A stretch of DNA of 64,000 nt from Vulcanimicrobiota bacterium (GTDB lineage Bacteria > Vulcanimicrobiota > Vulcanimicrobiia > Vulcanimicrobiales > Vulcanimicrobiaceae). The position numbers and the translations under genes are program-made. The stretch is taken from positions 992,001 to 1,056,000 of the forward strand of contig OY968762.1 of NCBI GenBank assembly GCA_963695225.1, written 5' to 3'. Positions 60,923-64,000 of the stretch are shown one piece after another (positions within the stretch are counted from its first letter, which is position 1; every line of letters begins with the position of its first letter). The notes below the pieces were generated by a model. It was given only the letters and a program-made list of their open reading frames with translations, was not told where the DNA came from and made no database searches.

Positions 60923-63075
60923 GCAAGGACTTCCTCCGGTTCGCGCTCGGCCGCGCTGCCGATCGCGGATACGTCGTGCCCCTTATCCGCGCTGCACTCG
61001 AATGAGGGGACGCCGCGTTTGGATTTGGCGATGACGTACGCTCCGCAGACGGGGCAGGGATCCGCCACGACGCGATCCCACGAGACGAAGTCGCAGCTCG
61101 GATAGTTCGCGCAGCCGAAGAACGTGCGCCCCTTGCGAGACTTACGCTCGACGATCTTCCCGCCGTCCTTGGGGCAGAGCGCGCCCGTGTCTTTGAGGAT
61201 CGGTTTCGTGGTCTTGCATTCCGGATACCCCGAACACGAGATGAAGCGCCCGAACCGTCCGGTCTTGATCACCATCGAACGGCCGCACTTCTCGCAGATC
61301 TCGTCGGTCGGCTCGTCTTTCAACTCGACCTTCGGCAGCTTCAGTTCGGCTTCGGCGAGATCGCGTTCGAACGGACCGTAGAAATCGCGCAGAACGTCCA
61401 CCCAATTTGCGTTCTGCTCGGCGACCGCGTCCAGCTTGGACTCCATCGTCGCGGTGTACGCGAGGTTCATGATCTCTTTGAAGTGCTCTTCGAGCAGCGC
61501 GTTCACGGCCGTCCCGATCTCGGTCGGGTGGAAACGCCGCTCGATCTGGTGCACGTAGCCGCGTGCCTGAACCGTCTCGACGATCGTGCTGTAGGTCGAG
61601 GGGCGGCCGATTCCGTTCTCCTCGAGCGCGCGGACGAGCGACGCCTCCGTATAGCGCGGGGGCGGCTCCGTGAAGTGCTGCTTGGCTTCGACGCCCTTGC
61701 GTTCGAGGGCGTCGCCGGCCTCGAGCGCCGGAAGCAGCACGCGTTCCTTCGCGCCCTTCGCCTTCGCCCCGGGTTCGATCTCGGGGAGCGCGTCGTCGCG
61801 TCCCTCCTCGTAGACGGCCGTGTAGCCCGCGAACTTGAGCACGCTCCCCGTCGCGCGCAACCCGTACTTCGGAGCCCCCTTCGCCTTCGCCTCGATCTCG
61901 ACGGTCGTCTGATCGAACACCGCCGCCGACATTTGCGAGGCGACGAAGCGCTCCCAGATCAACCGATAGAGCCGCAATTCGTCGCGTTTGAGGATGCCCG
62001 CGAGCCGGTCCGGCGTGCGCGTCACGTCCGTCGGGCGGATCGCCTCGTGCGCGTCCTGGGCGCCTTCGCGAAGCTTGTGCGTTCGAGTCCCGTCGTAGAA
62101 TTCGGCCCCGTATTCCTTCTCGATGAACGCCTTGGCGGCGTCCCGCGCGCCCTCGGAGATGCGCGTCGAGTCCGTGCGCATGTAGGTGATCAGACCCTGC
62201 GTCCCGGCGCTCCCGAGGTCGACGCCTTCGTATAAGGACTGCGCGATCTGCATCGTCCGGCGGACGCGGAGCCGCAACTTGCGCGAGCCCTCTTGCTGCA
62301 ACGTCGAGGTCGTGAAGGGTGCCGCCGCGTTGCGCCGCACCTCGCGCTTCTTGACGCCCGCGACCGCAAACGCGGCCCGGCGCAGATCGGCGACGATCGC
62401 CTGCGCGGCGTCGCCGTCCGTAACCTCGGTCTTCTTCCCGTCGATTGCATAGAACTCGGCCGGAAACACGACGGGCGAGCCGCCGACCGCGAGCTGCGCC
62501 GCGATCGTCCAGTATTCGCGCGGGACGAACGCGGCGATCTCTCGTTCGCGGTCGACGACGAGCTTCACCGCGACCGACTGCACGCGGCCGGCCGAGAGCC
62601 CTCCGCGCACCTTCGCCCAGAGCAGCGGAGAGATCTTGTAGCCGACGAGCCGGTCGAGGATGCGGCGCGCCTGCTGCGCGTTGACGCGGTCCATATCGAT
62701 CGGCTGCGGATGGGCGATCGCCTTGAGCGCGGCGTCCTTCGTGATCTCGTGGAGCTCGATGCGCTTGGGATGATCGAGCTTGAGCAGCTCGGCCAGGTGC
62801 CAAGCGATCGCCTCGCCTTCGCGATCGGGGTCGGTCGCGAGGAAGACGTCGCTCGCCGTCTTGAGCGCGCTCCGTAAGTCTTTGATGACGTCGCCCTTCC
62901 CCTTGATCGTGAGGTAACGCGGGGCGAAATCGTGCTCGACGTCGACGCCCAGCGTGCTCTTGGGGAGGTCGCGGACGTGCCCCACCGACGCCTTCACGAC
63001 GTAGCGCGCCGGCAAAAACTTCTTGATCGTTCGCGCCTTCGTCGGCGATTCGACGATGATGAGCGGCTTCTTCAA
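60919..63075 (-). CDS. topA: DNA topoisomerase I with C-terminal zinc ribbons
   Basis: IVESPTK, DPDREGE, SAGRVQS, ITYMRTDS, QDAHEAIRPT, GIGRPSTY. Confidence 0.97.
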   Translation of the reverse strand: MKKPLIIVESPTKARTIKKFLPARYVVKASVGHVRDLPKSTLGVDVEHDFAPRYLTIKGKGDVIKDLRSALKTASDVFLATDPDREGEAIAWHLAELLKLDHPKRIELHEITKDAALKAIAHPQPIDMDRVNAQQARRILDRLVGYKISPLLWAKVRGGLSAGRVQSVAVKLVVDREREIAAFVPREYWTIAAQLAVGGSPVVFPAEFYAIDGKKTEVTDGDAAQAIVADLRRAAFAVAGVKKREVRRNAAAPFTTSTLQQEGSRKLRLRVRRTMQIAQSLYEGVDLGSAGTQGLITYMRTDSTRISEGARDAAKAFIEKEYGAEFYDGTRTHKLREGAQDAHEAIRPTDVTRTPDRLAGILKRDELRLYRLIWERFVASQMSAAVFDQTTVEIEAKAKGAPKYGLRATGSVLKFAGYTAVYEEGRDDALPEIEPGAKAKGAKERVLLPALEAGDALERKGVEAKQHFTEPPPRYTEASLVRALEENGIGRPSTYSTIVETVQARGYVHQIERRFHPTEIGTAVNALLEEHFKEIMNLAYTATMESKLDAVAEQNANWVDVLRDFYGPFERDLAEAELKLPKVELKDEPTDEICEKCGRSMVIKTGRFGRFISCSGYPECKTTKPILKDTGALCPKDGGKIVERKSRKGRTFFGCANYPSCDFVSWDRVVADPCPVCGAYVIAKSKRGVPSFECSADKGHDVSAIGSAAEREPEEVLA

Positions 63076-63528
63076 CCTGTCCCCGTTCCTCCGGAATCCT
63101 GTTCCCTGCCGAGTGGATAAAGCGCCCTTAGTATACCCTCGCCGTCAACCTGGGCGATAGCGGACCGCTTGCCGGGCGCCCCCGCCGCGGTTCGAGAGCG
63201 CCGTCTCGAACCGCGCTCAAAGCGCGCTCGAACTGCATCGCGGGCGCTCTCGCGCGCCGTCGCAGAATACTCGCCGCACCGCGAACCGGCTTCCCCCGGG
63301 GGAGAAGCGCGCGCGTTCGCACGCTCGTGCGTTGCCCGCTCCGTTCCGCGCGCACCGGCGGCGGCGCTCGTTCCCGCTGCGCGCCAGGTGCCGGCATAGC
63401 GCGCAACGCCTTGTTTCATCGGGGTTTGCGCTTCCTCTCGCGGTGCGGATCGGCGCTTGGGGAGGGAGCGTCGGGCCGCGCATGCAGCGCGTCGCGTGCA
63501 ATTCGATGCGCGCGCGAGCTAAGAAATC

Positions 63529-63557
63529 TTGCAATAATACCCGATGCGATGTACGAT
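63529..63557 (+). promoter_or_regulatory. Sigma70-type promoter for the histone-like gene
   Basis: TTGCAA-17 nt-TACGAT. Confidence 0.65.
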
Positions 63558-63630
63558 GCACCCAAAGACATCGATGGTAGCGTCGATGTTTCCACTCGTT
63601 GATCGTCCGTCTCACGGACGTGGAGGTTGA

Positions 63631-64000
63631 ATGGAAGGCGAAGTTCTCGAGCAACCGGCAGAGGCACCGAAGCGCCGCCGTAAAGCGGCCCCCCGCAAGA
63701 AGACTGCGACGCGCAAGAAAGCGGCCGCCAAGAAGACGACCCGCAAGAAGGCGCCGGGACGCAAGAAGGCCGCCGGACGCAAGAAAGCCGTCGCGAAGAA
63801 GGCACCCGGACGCAAGAAGAAAGCGGCCGCCAAGAAAACGACCCGCAAGAAGGCGACTCGCAAAAAGGTCGCCGGACGCAAGAAGGCTGCCGGACGCAAG
63901 AAGGCTACCGGACGCAAGAAGGCTACCGGACGCAAGAAGGCTGCCGGACGCAAGAAGGCTACCGGACGCAAGAAGGCTACCGGACGCAAGAAGGCTACGC
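63631..64000 (+). CDS. Histone H1-like Lys/Arg/Ala-rich protein, runs off the window end
   Basis: GGAGG RBS, ATG 63631: MEGEVLEQPAEAPKRRRKAAPRKK..(GRKKAT/GRKKAA)n; no stop in window. Confidence 0.8.
   Translation, partial: MEGEVLEQPAEAPKRRRKAAPRKKTATRKKAAAKKTTRKKAPGRKKAAGRKKAVAKKAPGRKKKAAAKKTTRKKATRKKVAGRKKAAGRKKATGRKKATGRKKAAGRKKATGRKKATGRKKAT
63873..64000 (+). repeat. 18-bp coding tandem repeat GGACGCAAGAAGGCT(A/G)CC
   Basis: About 7 adjacent units without spacers, with more diverged copies from about 63690. Confidence 0.9.

Noticed and set aside
63612..63989. Minus-strand ORF (FLRPVA repeats)
   Set aside because: Antisense shadow of the Lys-rich plus-strand gene, which has the promoter and RBS
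63690..64000. CRISPR array
   Set aside because: 18-bp units are contiguous and in frame, with no unique spacers or cas genes

Overview
High-GC bacterial chromosomal window with no rRNA, tRNA, CRISPR array or intact mobile element. Gene content and order look Terrabacteria-like, possibly Vulcanimicrobiota/Eremiobacterota, but that assignment is inference only. Left to right: a group 3b [NiFe] sulfhydrogenase operon, an S53 lipoprotein protease, asnB, PFOR with an NAD(P)H Fe-S oxidoreductase and an M50-CBS protease, a sulfur assimilation cluster (sir, metB-like, cysH-cysC-sat-cysA-sbp-cysT-cysW) joined to molybdate uptake genes, assorted metabolic genes (GH130, trpB2, CaiB, GH13, proBA), an accessory stretch (6S-like RNA, nuclease-helicase, nonsense-disrupted methyltransferase, low-GC orphan, BrnTA), and a core block (ROK, rodA, PP2C, 2x FHA, rsmB, fmt, def, hslU, M20, hslV, trmFO, topA) ending in a histone H1-like gene. 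The main finding is three predicted leader-peptide attenuators at 17.2-19.05 kb. Each has a TTGACG / extended -10 promoter placed to start transcription at the ATG of a short peptide, followed by an intrinsic terminator. Two leaders carry Cys codons (before sir and the cysH operon) and one is Met-rich (before metB) with classical antiterminator geometry. All assignments are by eye from motifs; no searches or folding programs were run.
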